Below, one piece after another: positions 39,218 to 51,845 of a stretch of DNA of 64,000 nt (its first letter is position 1; every line of letters starts with the position of its first letter). The stretch comes from Malacoraja senta (lineage: Eukaryota). A program made the translations under genes and the position numbers. The stretch covers positions 62,001 through 126,000 of the forward strand of contig CM075995.1 in NCBI GenBank assembly GCA_038087875.1, in the 5' to 3' direction. The notes under the pieces were generated by a model. That model did not search any database. It was not told the DNA's origin and saw only the letters and a list, made by a program, of their open reading frames with translations.

Positions 39218-39310
39218 TCTGAAGAAGGGTCTCGACCCGAAACGTTGCCTATTTCCTTCTATAGATGCTGCCTCACCCGCTGAGTTTCTCCAGCATTTTT
39301 GTCTACCTTC
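39218..39310 (+). mobile_element. Solo Penelope terminal repeat with hammerhead-like core
   Basis: CTGAAGAAGGGTCTCGACCCGAAACGTT at 39219; flanking tatcatacag/taacatacag TSD-like repeat. Confidence 0.75.
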
Positions 39311-39537
39311 TAACATACAGGCATTTACTTAAAGATACACTTCTGAAAATATTACAAATTACCAGTTCAACAGTCACTCACTTTCATAGATTAGTTCTGC
39401 AGCTTTACCCTTGCTCAGTTTTCAATAAAAAATGTTAAATTCTTCAAAGTTAATAGGGTGTAATTCTTTTTGTGGACCCTTCTTCGATCTGCATCAGAAT
39501 ACTAACTTGAATATTTGTTTTTATTTATTGAACTTAC

Positions 39538-39649
39538 CCAGAAAGGGACCAATTGATCAGACATGAATGCTTTCAGGCTAGGTTCAGTTTTACCATTGCT
39601 GGTCCAAATTCTTTTCCAGGTAGCATATTTTTCATATCCATCTTTATGG
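39538..39649 (-). CDS. KDM1B: KDM1B exon, (S)HKDGYEKYATWKRIWTSNGKTEPSLKAFMSDQLVPFW
   Basis: Matches LSD2; ctttag acceptor, GTAAGT donor; 112 nt. Confidence 0.96.
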
Positions 39650-40260
39650 CTAAAGAACAATAAAACACTATACATTAGTAATAGGCAATATGTTTACATC
39701 ATCGAACATAATACTAAAGAGATAGAGTAAAATTCTGATAACCCACTATCCAATTGGTCAGAAATCCAGATGATTCAGCATGGGGCCCACCTTGGTCCAG
39801 TTCCCTTGCTGCCTTTAAACACACCAGGACCATGTATCCCTTCCTCCCTTAAGCTCACTCGGTTAATTGGAAAATATATTTCTGTGTCACATCTAAAAAA
39901 CAATTTAAAGGTATATTGGGAATCAATAGAGTACCATCCAATGTCCCAGGAATTAGCCCATCCATCAGTGCCAAAGTCCCAAGAGTCTTGCAGTATCAGC
40001 ATTTTACTGCACTTTGGAGACAAGAGGACAGCAGAAGTAATCTGAAGCAACTCAGCACGTCAAGCAGCATCTGTGGAGGCAAAGCGATGGTCAATGTTTC
40101 GGTTCAAGATCGTGCAAAGTCGACTATCTCTTTGCATTCACACATGCTGCTTGGCCCACTGAATTCTTCTCGCAGTTTGTATTTTCGCTGCACTATATTG
40201 TTCTTCAGCGTGAAGCTTCATACTATGTAAATGGAGAGACTGCGTTATTTGACGGTTGTA

Positions 40261-40610
40261 CAGTGCCCTCCGTAATGTTTTGGACAAAGACCCATAATTT
40301 ATTTATTTGCCTCTATACTCCACAATTTGATATTTGTAATAGAAAATATCACATGTGGTTAAAGTGCACATTGTCAGATTTTATTAAAGGGTATTTTTTA
40401 TACATTTTGGTTTCACCATGTAGAAATTACAACAGTGTTTATACATAGTCCCCCCCCATTTCAGGGCAGAGCACCATAATGTTTGTGACACATGGCTTCA
40501 CAGGTGTTTGTAATTGGTCAGATGTGTTTAATTGCCTCCTTAATGCAGGTATAAGAGAGCTCTCAGCACCCAGTCTTTCCATCACCTTTGGAAACTTTTA
40601 TTACTGTTTC
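40261..40610 (+). mobile_element. Truncated Tc1 end (same family as 47044-48709)
   Basis: TA followed by CAGTGCCCTCC.TAATGTTT.GGACAAAGACCC; matches the reverse complement of about 48340-48709. Confidence 0.85.
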
Positions 40611-41393
40611 CGGAAGTGGCGGCGCTGCCCTAGCAGCTGCGGCTCGCCTGCAGTCCGTGTGTTTTTTCTTTTTTTGTTTTTCTGTCCCGTTGTTACAGTT
40701 TTATTTACAGTTTATATTAGTTGTGTATGTGTGCAGGGGTGGGAGAAACTTGTTCTAGTCTCTTTCTTCGGGGGGGATGCGACCTTTTCTTGTCGTATCC
40801 CCCATCTCCGTCTGCGCTGAGGCCTAATGGCGGAGCTGGCGGCCTCCAACCGGGACCGACCTCGAGGCTCCGGAGGCAGAGCCAGGACTTACCAACTTCG
40901 GGGCTGTGGCGGCGTTGCAGCGGCGGCGACCCGACTTCGGGGCTGTGGCGGCAGTGACCCGATTTCGGAGCCTCGGAGGCTCGGCCGCGGGCACAGTGGA
41001 CGACAACGTCGGGAGCTCGCAGGTCACAGGATGGTGACCTGTTCTCCGGAGGACTGGAGGGCAGCAGTTTTGACCGCCCCGGGCCGCGGAGTTTGAACCG
41101 GCCCGTTCGCGGAGCTCGGATTCCGCCGCGGGACTTACTTACCATCACCCGGCGGAGTCACAACATTGGAAGCTTGGATCGCCTCAACGCAGAGGGAGAA
41201 CAAGGAGGGAAGAGACAAGGACTTTAAGACTTTTGCCTTCCATCACAGTGAGGAGGGCCTGGTAGACTCACTGTGATGGATGTTAAATCTGTATTTATTG
41301 TGTGTTTTGTTGTTTTATTCTATGTTATGACTGCAAGGCACAGAATTTCGTTCAGACTGAAAAGTCTGAATGACAATAAAGGATACTTGATAC
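40611..41393 (+). mobile_element. CpG-rich non-autonomous retroelement family, copy 3
   Basis: Shared 3' block gccttccatcacagtgagg...tgacaataaa followed by (gatactt)n. Confidence 0.7.
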
Positions 41394-41806
41394 TTAAGAC
41401 ATTTGAAACTTGGGTTGGGGGTCATACACGACACTACAAATTGTCTATGAACATCACTGCTACATGATGCCCACAGTAGCATCACTGTGCCCATGATCTA
41501 TACAAATTATCTTGAATAGCAATTGGAAGTAACAATCCTCAATATTTCCGCCCACCACCAGTCAAGCAATCCTGATGTCATTTGTGGAATCAATCCTAAA
41601 AGCTTAGCATTCTGGAAACATTGAATTTGAAACTGGGGGCTTGCAAAATAATCAACGAGACTAGTCCAAATACAACATTTTGTGACCTCATTCAAGGTGG
41701 AGAGGCTTAAAAATAGGAATGCCTACAAGTCTCTCAAAGCTATGTTAAGCATTTGTATTTTTTTAATGGTAAAATTTTAAAAAAGGCAAAATCTCCAGAA
41801 ATTTAC

Positions 41807-41896
41807 CTGCGGTAACAATGGTCAAAGCATTCATTGCAGAAATGTTCCCCACAAGATAAATGGTACCAGCGTGATGTGTAGCCATTTTTAGCACAT
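41807..41896 (-). CDS. KDM1B: KDM1B exon, (R)CAKNGYTSRWYHLSCGEHFCNECFDHCYR(S)
   Basis: Zinc-finger ligands retained; tttgtag acceptor, GTAAAT donor; 90 nt. Confidence 0.96.
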
Positions 41897-42001
41897 CTAC
41901 AAAAAATAAATTCCAAAGAGAATACATAGCAGTTACATTTCCAAATTTCCAACCTAATAAATGATAAAAGATGCAATATTTAAACATACCATTATGAAAT
42001 T

Positions 42002-42781
42002 TGGTGCTGTGAGATGGCTGCCCTGCCCTGCCAGCAGCGTGTTCGTCATTTCTACTTTTTTTTGTGTCATTTTGGGTGTCTCTCGGTATGTCTTATGTGG
42101 GGGGTGGGGGGGGAAGGGAAAGGAGGAAACCACTTTCGGTCGCCTCCCCCACGGAGAGGCGACTTTTTCCATCATGGATTGGAGCGGCCTTTCCCGGAGT
42201 CAGGCCCGGAGCATCGGCAGCAGGCGCAGCGTGGACTTTCCATCGCGGACCGGGCGAACCCTTGCCGGGGGTCGCCAGACAGGAGTGCTCCGAATGCTGG
42301 CCTGGTGTCATTGACATCATGGGACTGTGATCTGTGGAGCTTCTAGCTGCGGACGTGGCGTGGACTTACCATCCGGAGCCTGGGATCCCTCGCTAAGCAT
42401 CGCCGGAGAAGGGCTCCGACTGCCGACCTGCGGCCTATAACATCCTGAAGCTGCGGGACTCCGGTAGGAAAGTGCCGATTCGGGACCTCCAAGCTGCGGA
42501 GTGTGTTTCACCGTCCCGACGTCGGAGTTTAGATCATCCCGACGAGAAGGACTGTACATCGAGGGCCGTCTGTAATGGGGGGGTCTATGGTCCCGACCAC
42601 GGGTGAACAAGGGAGGACTGGCTGAACTTTGTTGCCTTCCACCACAGTGAAGAATGCTATGGTGAATGTTTGTGTTAAATTTTATTGTGTATTGTGTGTT
42701 CTTTTAAGAGTATCGCTGCTGGCAAATTCATTTCACTGCATGTAATGTGCATGTGACGAATAAAATTGACTTTGACTTTGA
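42002..42781 (+). mobile_element. CpG-rich non-autonomous retroelement family, copy 4
   Basis: Closely similar to 11726-12526; (gacttt)n tail. Confidence 0.75.
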
Positions 42782-44899
42782 AAGCCCATGCAGTATGTCA
42801 ATGACAGACATCATCCGAACTAGGAGGTGCTCAGTAACAAAAGGCAATCAAAAGCGGCAGTAAAATACACCAAAGCACTCAACAGAAGATAATCAGATTG
42901 AAAGTGACACCAAGGATCTTACCAAGTAGACAAAAAAAGGAACATAAACAAAAGCATTACAAAAATTACATTTAATGAAAGCCTTGAAAAGGAATGGTGC
43001 AAGGAGAAAATTTCAGAACTTAGTCCCTAACAAGCTGAAGGGACAAGTGATTAAAAAGTAAAAAGCCCCAAAGAGTGGAGCAAATTTCTCACTTGCAGGA
43101 CTGGAATGGATTTATGAGGGTCGGGAGCACAAAATGATGTACGATGGGATAAAAATAAAAAATAAATTTGCCTCAGTGGTGGATGAAGAGTCAATGCAGA
43201 GTGACAGAAGTACAGATGGTAAACAAAACTCAGTGAGGTTACTGAACATCAGCAGCAGAGCCAAGATCATAGAGGATGGAAAACTGGAGACCACCCAGGA
43301 GAATAGTAGGAAAGTTAAACCTTAAAAGTAAAGCATAGATAAAGTGACCAATGTGGTGAACAGTTTGGTTCAGATCAAATGATCACAAATTCTGATTATA
43401 CAAAGGCAAAAAAATGAAGTCTTTGATAGGAGCTCAAGATATTTGCGTAAAAGATAGTTAACTTCAGCGTGAGATCCAAAATACATTTCACATCAGTTTT
43501 AATTAAGGTATATGCAAATTAAGGCAACATATGGATTTGTGGAAGGATGAAGTGGAATAACATTACTGAATGATTGGAGAATTTGATGGGAAGCACAGTG
43601 GTCCAGCTGGTGGAGCTGCTGTCTTACAGTTCCAATGATCCGGTTTGGTGCTGTCTGCATTGAATTTGCTTATTCTTCCTGTGCTGCATGGGTTTTCTCC
43701 CATGTCCCAAAAACATATGGGTTGGGAGCTTAATTGTATATTTGTAATTCCCCAAGTGGGCTGGTGAATTGTGTCATCAGGGGGGAAGGGGACAGGGGAA
43801 AGTTGACGGGAATATGTAAAATATTATCTCCTCAGGAGAGTCCAAAAATCTTCTTAAAATCATTCATTTTGGGGATCTAGGCAGCATAGCCAGCAGTTAC
43901 TGTTTAGAACTGGCATGAGAAGATGGTAGCAATGGATTTCTATCTCAATCTGCTGCAGCCTTTCTGGCAAAAATACACCTAGAATGCTGCCAGGAGGGAG
44001 TTGCAGGATTCATTTATGCCCAGCAGCAATGAGGGAACTGCAATATATTTTCAAGTCAGGATGGAGTGCAATTTAGAAGGGAACCTACAAATGGTGGTGT
44101 TTCCAGTCACCTGAAGCTTTTGTGAACCTTGATGAGAGAGGTCATAATTGAAAGTACTGTTTCAATACCCTTGAGTGAGTAACTACAATGGCTTTTATTG
44201 ATGACACATACAGAAATCATTGGGTGGCAGTGGTGTATGAAATATATGTTTAAGATGGTGAATGGGGCAGCAGTCAACCAGGCTGCTTTGTTCTGGATGG
44301 TGGTGAGATTCTTGCGTTATTTTAATCCTGCACTCATCTGCTTGAAGATTAGCAAAAACCTACCGAAATGAAAGCAGTTTGAATCTGAATCCAAGCCTTT
44401 GCCACTTATACATTATTTCTTCCAATATTCCACTGCACTCCAATGACTTGGTAGGAAAGGCAAAGATAAAGATTCCCTACCCTTTCCAAATTGAAAAACT
44501 ACATAATACTAGACCAGACGAGTCGATAAAATATTTATTTTCCCTCAATTAACAACTAAGTATTTCTTCGCAGTCCTCAAATTAATCTTACGAACAAAAA
44601 CACAGAATGGAAATTCCACATCGTATAAACATAAAGAAAACAGGGTTTACTTAAAAGAAAGGCATTTTCAAAATGGTTGCTAAGAAATTTTGAAAAAATT
44701 ATATTTCAGATTTTCACTATAATCAGGCAATAATTAAATATGAGAAAGAATCCCAAATCTTATCTTAATTTATAATACCCTCAGAAAATGCACACATATA
44801 ATGTCAATTGTAAACGTTTTTCTGCAGTTCTGGGTTGTCAATGAATATGGTGATTAGATAATACCATTTGATTTCTGTTAATTTGAAATAAAGTCAGCA

Positions 44900-45033
44900 C
44901 TTCTTCTTCTATCGTATGTCTTTTAGACCTGCAGCTCCGTTGAGGCGAGCCAGGCCAACGTGTCATCGTCCAGGTCAATCAGACCTCGTTCACCATTCGG
45001 TGGCCGGTGTTTGGGGCAACTGGTGACTATGTG
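44900..45033 (-). mobile_element. Ingi/I-group-like LINE 3' end
   Basis: HIVTSCPKHRPPNGERGLIDLDDDTLAWLASTELQV* (end of the C-terminal CCHC region), then CATACGATAGAAGAAGAAG tail. Confidence 0.65.
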
Positions 45034-45447
45034 CTATTTGATTTCACTGACCAAATAGTTATTTATTGTACTCAAAATCTGTAAGTTCTATTTCCTGAAT
45101 CTTCAAATTGCACTGGGATCTACAATGCATTTTTATGTTATTATTCAAGGATCAGCAATACAATGGAACGTTTTAGAATTGTTGAGGGTGATGCTACTAC
45201 CTCAGACCCGGAATCTTTCCAGATCTTGAGAGCTTTAAATTATGTAATTAAGTGGCAAAAGAATGAAAGGAACTTGATGGATGTGTGGGAGAGAATAAAT
45301 TAGAGGAGCATAAGGAAATAAGGAGAGGCAAAGAGGATTGCACTGTCTTGAACCGATGTGAACTTCCTGATGTGGCCTATTGCTATTTTATGATTAAATA
45401 GTAATAAAATGTTCTTGCAATAAAATTATAGACTCAAGTTGACTTGC

Positions 45448-45569
45448 CTTTCTGAAGCACTTGCAAAGCAAACAGGGTGTGTTGCAGTGCAGCCGGCCTT
45501 TTCACATTTCCTATATTTTTTCTCACAGCCGTCTTCCTCTTCCTCAGTTTCAAACATTTTCCTTTTGAC
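45448..45569 (-). CDS. KDM1B: KDM1B exon, VKRKMFETEEEEDGCEKKYRKCEKAGCTATHPVCFASASE(R), start of C4H2C2 zinc finger
   Basis: EKKYRKCEKAGCTAT.PVCFASASER as in LSD2; 122 nt, phase 2; GC-type donor AG|GCAAGT; acceptor has a weak pyrimidine tract. Confidence 0.9.
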
Positions 45570-46304
45570 CTTTATCACATCCCAAATAAAGGTAGAATTA
45601 ATATACATCTGTGAATTGCTGGACCTGCAGTGATATTATTTTACAAAATTAAATAATTAACTATTAAATATTACATTCTGGAGTACATTGCAATAAGTAT
45701 TAAGATATATCAAGGACTAAGTCTTCTAAAGTGTCTTTAAAGTAATATGGAATGCAAACCATATGTACCAATAGTGGCATATCACTTACTACAGCTCACA
45801 TCCATCTGCAAAGCTGCAATGACATCCATCTTGCATCTTCCCAAGTCTGGGGATTGCAAATAGAACAATGGGAGATGGCATCTTCAATAGAAAACAAGGT
45901 AAAATTCTGTACAAATACAACAAATTCAGAAGAGGATATTTGCAGCCTTGCAGAAACCCAGTGATCATCCTGAACTGCATATCAATATATATGTTTAAAA
46001 TATACATCGTACCCTAATTTCTACAGAAGTTGCTTTAATCTTGATGTTATTTTAAATTAAAGTTAATCTCAGTATTAAATACCTCTAAAATTTGTAATTT
46101 ATAACATCCAGTTGTGGCTATAGTTCCTATAGTTGTGTGCGTCTTTCTTTAAAAGTAAAGGTTGTAGCAAGTTAGATTAACTCAAAAGACAAAATGGCAT
46201 TCAATTTAATTCAAATCTTTAAAAATCTAAGGTAACACACTACTCCAATTTGAATTAAATTGAAAGTTGCAACAGATATTGGTTTTAATAGGTCTGTACA
46301 ACAC

Positions 46305-46408
46305 CTGTCTTCCAGATGACCTCAAGGGGGGATTGTTATCCATTGCCGTTTCGAGAATAGCTGGCCTTTTCTTTGTTCGCATTCGCCCACTTATGCCACT
46401 CAAGGAAT
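46305..46408 (-). CDS. KDM1B: KDM1B first identifiable coding exon (ATG at 46382; MRTKKRPAILETAMDNNPPLRSSGRQ)
   Basis: Matches the human N-terminus RTKKK...PLRSSGRQ; acceptor ttgtag ends at 46409, GT donor at 46304; frame is open from the acceptor to the ATG. Confidence 0.85.
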
Positions 46409-47043
46409 CTACAAGTAATATACATATAATATTAGTGAAATATTCACCTTTGAATATACTTTAGAAAATCTAAACTAAACAATACAAGCCTTCATTCGCC
46501 ATTTGCACAGCCATAGTTTATTCAATATCTCCTATGATTTGGAAACTGGCTACAAGCAAGCTAAGGTGGAATAAGCCACATGGGTTTGATGTGATTCAAC
46601 AGAGAAATTAAACTGAAAAGAACATTAGAGAGTTAACTAACAAGGTTAAGAAAAATTGTATAATCATACATGAAGGGCAGAACTTATTCAGATCTTGCAC
46701 AAAAAGTTACACAAAAACATCATTGAGACAAACAATATTTGGCAATTGTTGAAAATAGATTGCAACTATCTTTACAAGAACAAAAGTAACTGTACCAAAT
46801 AATATTCTCTGGTTAACTGGATTTGCCTTCTCTTTGCCAACTGCGAATTAGAATTTTAAGTTAAAAATCAGGAACCCACCTACCATAACTATTTTTTTGA
46901 TGAACTAAAAATTGAAAATGACAGCAAGGATTTTGTTTCATTGCCACTAGTTCCACCTGTTCCAATACAGGTAAACTATAAAATATACCAAGGCACATTA
47001 CTCAAAGAATTGACACAAGCTAAAGGTAGATATATTGGATATA

Positions 47044-48709
47044 CAGTGCCCTCCATAATGTTTGGGACAAAGACCCATCATTCATTTATTTGCCTCTGTA
47101 CTCCACAATTTGAGATTGGTAATAGAAAAAAATCACATGTAGTTAAAGTGCACATTGTCAAATTTTAATAAAGTCCATTTTTATACATTTTGGTTTCACC
47201 ATGTAGAAATTACAGCAGTTTATACATAGTCCCCCCATTTCAGGGCACCATAATGTTTGGGACACAGCAACGTCATGTAAATGAAAGTAGTCATGTTTAA
47301 TATTTTGTTGCATATCCTTTGCATGCAATGACTGCTTGAAGTCTGCGATTCATGGACATCACCAGTTGCTGGGTGTCTTCTCTGGTGATGCTCTGCCAGG
47401 CCTGTACTGCAGCCATCTTTAGCTTATGCTTGTTTTGGGGGCTAGTCCCATTCAGTTTTCTCTTCGGCATATAAAAGGCTTGCTCAATTGGGTTCAGATT
47501 GGGTGATTGACTTGGCCACTCAAGAATTGACCATTATTTAGCTTTGAAAAACTCCTTTGTTGCTTTAGCAATATGTTTGGGATCATTGTCTTGCTGTAGA
47601 ATGAACCACCAGCCAATGAGTTTTGAGGCATTTGTTTGAACTTGAGCAGATGGGGGGGGGGGCTATACACTTCAGAATTCATTATGCTACTGCCATCAGC
47701 AGTTGTATCATCAATGAAGATAAGTGAGCCAGTACCTTCAGCAGCCATACATGCCCAGGCCATAACACCCGCACCACCGTGTTTCACAGATGAGGTGGTA
47801 TGCTTTGGATCTTGGGCAGTTCCTTCTCTCCTCCATACTTTGCTCTTGCCATCACTCTGATACAAGTTAATCTTCATCTCATCTGTCCACAAGACCTTTT
47901 TTCCAGAACTATGGTTGCTCTTTTTAGTACTTCTTCACAAACTGCAATCCGGCCATAATATTTTGTGGCTAACGAGTGGTTTGCATCTTGCAGTGTAGCC
48001 TCTGTATTTCTGTTCATGAAGTCTTCTGCGGACAGTTGTCGTTGACAAATCCACACCTGTCTCCTGAAGAGCGTTTCTGGTCTGTCGGACAGGTTTGGGT
48101 ATTTTTCTTTATTATAGAATTCTTCTGTCAACATCTGTGGAGGCCTTCCTTGGCCTGCCAGTCGCTTTGCGATTAGTAAGCTCACCAGTGCTCTCTTCTT
48201 AATGATGTTCCAAACTGTTGATTTTGGTAAGCCTAAGGTTTGGCTGATGTCTCTAACAATTTTATTTTTGTTTCTCAGTCTCATAATGGCTTCTTTGACT
48301 TTTATTGGCACAACTTTGGTCCTCATGTTAATAAACAGTAATAAAAGTTTCCAAAGGTGATGGAAAGACTGGAGGAAAGACTAGGTGCTGAGAGCTCTCT
48401 TATACCTGCTTTAAGGAGGCAATTATTACACACCTGAGCAATTACATACATCTGTGAAGCCATGTGTCCCAAACATTATGGAGCCCTGAAATTGGGGGGG
48501 GTGAGGGGGACGGAACGGACACAATGTATAAACACTGCTGTCATTTCTACTTGGTGAAACAAAAATGTGTAAAAATGGCCTTTAATAAAATCGGACAATG
48601 TGCACTTTAACCACATGTGATCTTTTTCTATTACAAATCTCAAATTGTGGAGTACAGAGGCAAATAAATAATTGATGGGTCTTTGTCCAAAACATTATGG
48701 AGGGCGCTG
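47044..48709 (-). mobile_element. Full-length decayed Tc1-like transposon (IR/DR type)
   Basis: About 220-bp TIRs CAGTGCCCTCCATAATGTTT... with internal direct repeat cataatgtttgggaca; TA TSD; frameshifted transposase (HTH LGLPKSTVWNII; WTDE.K; KHGGAGVMAWAC). Confidence 0.95.
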
Positions 48710-49834
48710 TATAACCAAAGGTTTGGCCAAAGGTCATAAGAAAGATAGAAAGAGAAAGAAAGGTATGCAGGAAATTCAAGATTAGGAATTCTCCATCTGA
48801 GGGCAAGGCTGTGAATGATGGGGAAAATGATCTGCAGAATTCACTTGTGTTAGGGTTTATGAATTAAGATCTTTTAGGGATAGCAGTGATGAAGGAAGAT
48901 AATAGATGCGAGTGACAAGGATGTGGAGCGACTTCAGAAATTGATCATTTTAAATCTAAAAGGTTAACAGGCAAAATACCAATGTAGGATGATGAATTCA
49001 AGCAATGGGCATAGTGTAAAGGATCCCGTCAGCAATTTTTGGATAACTTCAGATTTATGGAAGCTGGAAAACTAAAGGCTAGGTAAAGTATCAAAGTAAT
49101 TAAATCTGAAATTAATAAAAGCACGGTAAAAAATTTTACCAAAAGTTTTTGACGCAGAAAGAAAACATTATAGGCTATAGGTTGATGGTCTAAGTGAATG
49201 TGTGACATCAGAAGCTGAACTCTGGATCAATTGGTTGGCAAGGTTGTTTAGCTTCAGATTCATTTAGAGGTAGTGTGCAGGAAAGGGCATTGATAGTTAT
49301 GGAACTAAATTTATCATTGGAAAAAACATGGTTGGTGTTCCATCCATTCAAGTGGATAAACCCGTGGCTCATTCATGTTTACTGTTGGACAAGTAGCGTG
49401 ACAACAGAACAACAAAGTCCAGAGGGTTGATTGAGATGAAGAACAGAGTAGCTTTTGTAGATTTATGTATTCTTTGAATGATATGGCCAAAGGGCATGGC
49501 ATACATTCAGTTATATTGCAATGTTTCCACCAAACAACAGTCATGTAATCTTCCAGCCCAGACATAAAATATGTCAGACTAAATAATAAGATTATTCTAT
49601 ATTTCATTACACTCACTAATGTAAGCTAAAAGAGTGAGACAACAACAACCACGAGATGCAATATCCATAATTACATTTACCCTATAAATATACCCGACTT
49701 TGCCAGAAACTTACGGTAGCTAATTTCATTTTATACAAACATTTAGAATCGCATTTAGAATTTTTCTCTGGCAAGGAGTCCTCGCTTTCCAGTGATGATC
49801 CCCTTCTCCACTCTTGTTCTGGACCTTTTTATTT

Positions 49835-49851
49835 AAAATGGCGGCACGTCA
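49835..49851. promoter_or_regulatory. YY1 motif overlapping an ATF/CREB-like site; candidate KDM1B start region
   Basis: AAAATGGCGGC plus CACGTCA; minus-strand donor CC|GTAAGT at 49714. Confidence 0.3.
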
Positions 49852-50700
49852 ACCGTCTTGGCTTCTCTACTCCTCTTACACACTTCAATCTCACCTTCAC
49901 TGAACATGTAGCCCTCCACACTCAGTAACAAATCCAAATATTATTATCAAACCCACCGACAAGGAAGATGCTGTTGTAATTTGGCAGACTGACCTCAAAC
50001 ATGCTGAGGCCAGGTGCCAGCTCCCAGTCACCGCCTCATTCCTTCCCCTTGACCATGACCCCACATACGAACAACAGGCCACCATCTCCCAGACCAATGC
50101 CTAACTCATCACCTCTGACAATCTCCTCTCTACAGCCTCCGACCTTATAGTTCCCTGGCCCTGTACTTCCCGTTTCTATCTCCTTCCCAAGATCCACAAA
50201 CAAGACTGCCCTGGCAGACTCATTGGTTCTGCCTGCTCCTGCCCCACAAAAAACATCTCCAAATATCTTTATTCCACTTTGTCCCCGCCTTGTCCAATCT
50301 CTTCCAACCTACTTCTGAAACACCTCACACACTCTTCGACACTTTAACAACTGTCAATTTCTGGGCCCCCATTGCCTCATCTATCCCATGGACGTCCAGT
50401 TCGTTTATACCTCCATTCCCCTCCAGGAAAGTCTCCGGGCCCTCCTGATCTTCCTTGAACATAGATCCAATCAGTTCCCCTCTATTAACATTCTCCTTCG
50501 CCTGGTGGAATGTCTTCACCCTCAATTTCTCTTTTGACTCCTCTAATTTTCTTCGTTAAAGTTGTCGTAGATGGATCCCTCACCCATGTCTCGTGTATAT
50601 CCCGTAGTTCAGCTCTCACTCCCCTTTCCCCAAGATGGAATAAGGATAGAGTTCCCCTGGTCCTTGCGTTGCATCCCGCGCCTCTGCATCTAATACATCA

Positions 50701-51367
50701 GGGGGCACCACGCGATGGCTGCCTCGCCAACGGTCTGTCTTCATCTTTTCCTTCATACTGTTTTGAGTTTGTTGTAAAATGTACGTTTTAGTTTATCTTT
50801 AGTTTTGTATTATGTGGGGGGAGGTGGGGGAAACTTTTTTATCTCTTTCCTCGACGGAGATGCAATTTTTTCCATGTCATATCTCCGTCCGGACTGCAGA
50901 CAAACATCGTGGAGTTGGCTGCCTCTTGCTGGGACTTCTAGAGCTCCAAAACAGTGGAGCCTGTGGACTTTAACATCTCGGAGCGGGCGATCCCTTTGCC
51001 AGGGGTCGGCCTTTGGTGCTCCAACCTGCGGGAGCTGCGGACTTTAACATCGTGAAGCTCGCTGTCCCTGGTTAGGGACCGATTTCGGGTACTCCAAGCC
51101 GCAGGAGTTCAACCGCCCCTGACGAGAGAGCTCGATCGGCAGCTGCGGATGGTTCGACTCCCCCGACCGCGGGAGGAAAGGAGGAAAGAAAATAAGACTT
51201 TATTGCCTTCCGTCACAGTGGGGAATGTGGAGGAGCCGCTGTGGTGGATGTTCATGTCAATTTTTATGTAGTTGTGTGTCTTGTTGCTTTTTTGTTGTGA
51301 CTGTATGGCAAACCAAATTCCTCATATATTGCAACGCATACTTGGCTAACAAATTATGATTATGATG
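50701..51367 (+). mobile_element. CpG-rich non-autonomous retroelement family, copy 5
   Basis: Head ggggcaccacgcgatggctgcc; shared 3' block; (attatg)n tail. Confidence 0.7.
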
Positions 51368-51545
51368 ATCATTCTCCAACGTATCCACTTTTTCAATGTG
51401 ATCCCACTCGCAGTCACATCTTCTCATTTATACCCCTTTCTGCAGAGACTGCGTCCACCACAAATTCTTGGTTCTCATTCCTTCCTACCAAAACCATCCC
51501 ATCCCCAGGTAATTTCCCCAGCAACTGCAAGAGATCTAACATCTG

Positions 51546-51845
51546 TCTAGAGATACAGCGCGGAAACAGGCCCTTCGGCCCACCGAGTCCGTGCCGACCA
51601 GCGATCCCCGCACACTAACACTACCCGACATACACTAGGGACAATTTGCATTTTTACACAGCCAATTAACCTACAAACCCGCACGTCTTTGGAGTGTGGG
51701 AGGAAACCGAAGATTTCGGAGAAAACCCACGCAGGTCACGGGGAGAACGTGCAAATTCCGTACAGACAGCACCCATGGTCAGGATCGAACCCAGGTCTCT
51801 GGCGCTTTGAGGCAGCAACTCTACCGCTGCGCCACCGTGCTGCCT
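51546..51845 (-). mobile_element. V-SINE (HE1-like)
   Basis: Full head, V-domain and tail on the minus strand. Confidence 0.85.

Noticed and set aside
45570..45626. Alternative acceptor ctgcag at 45625 upstream of the zinc-finger exon
   Set aside because: Adds 55 nt, shifts the frame and introduces a stop
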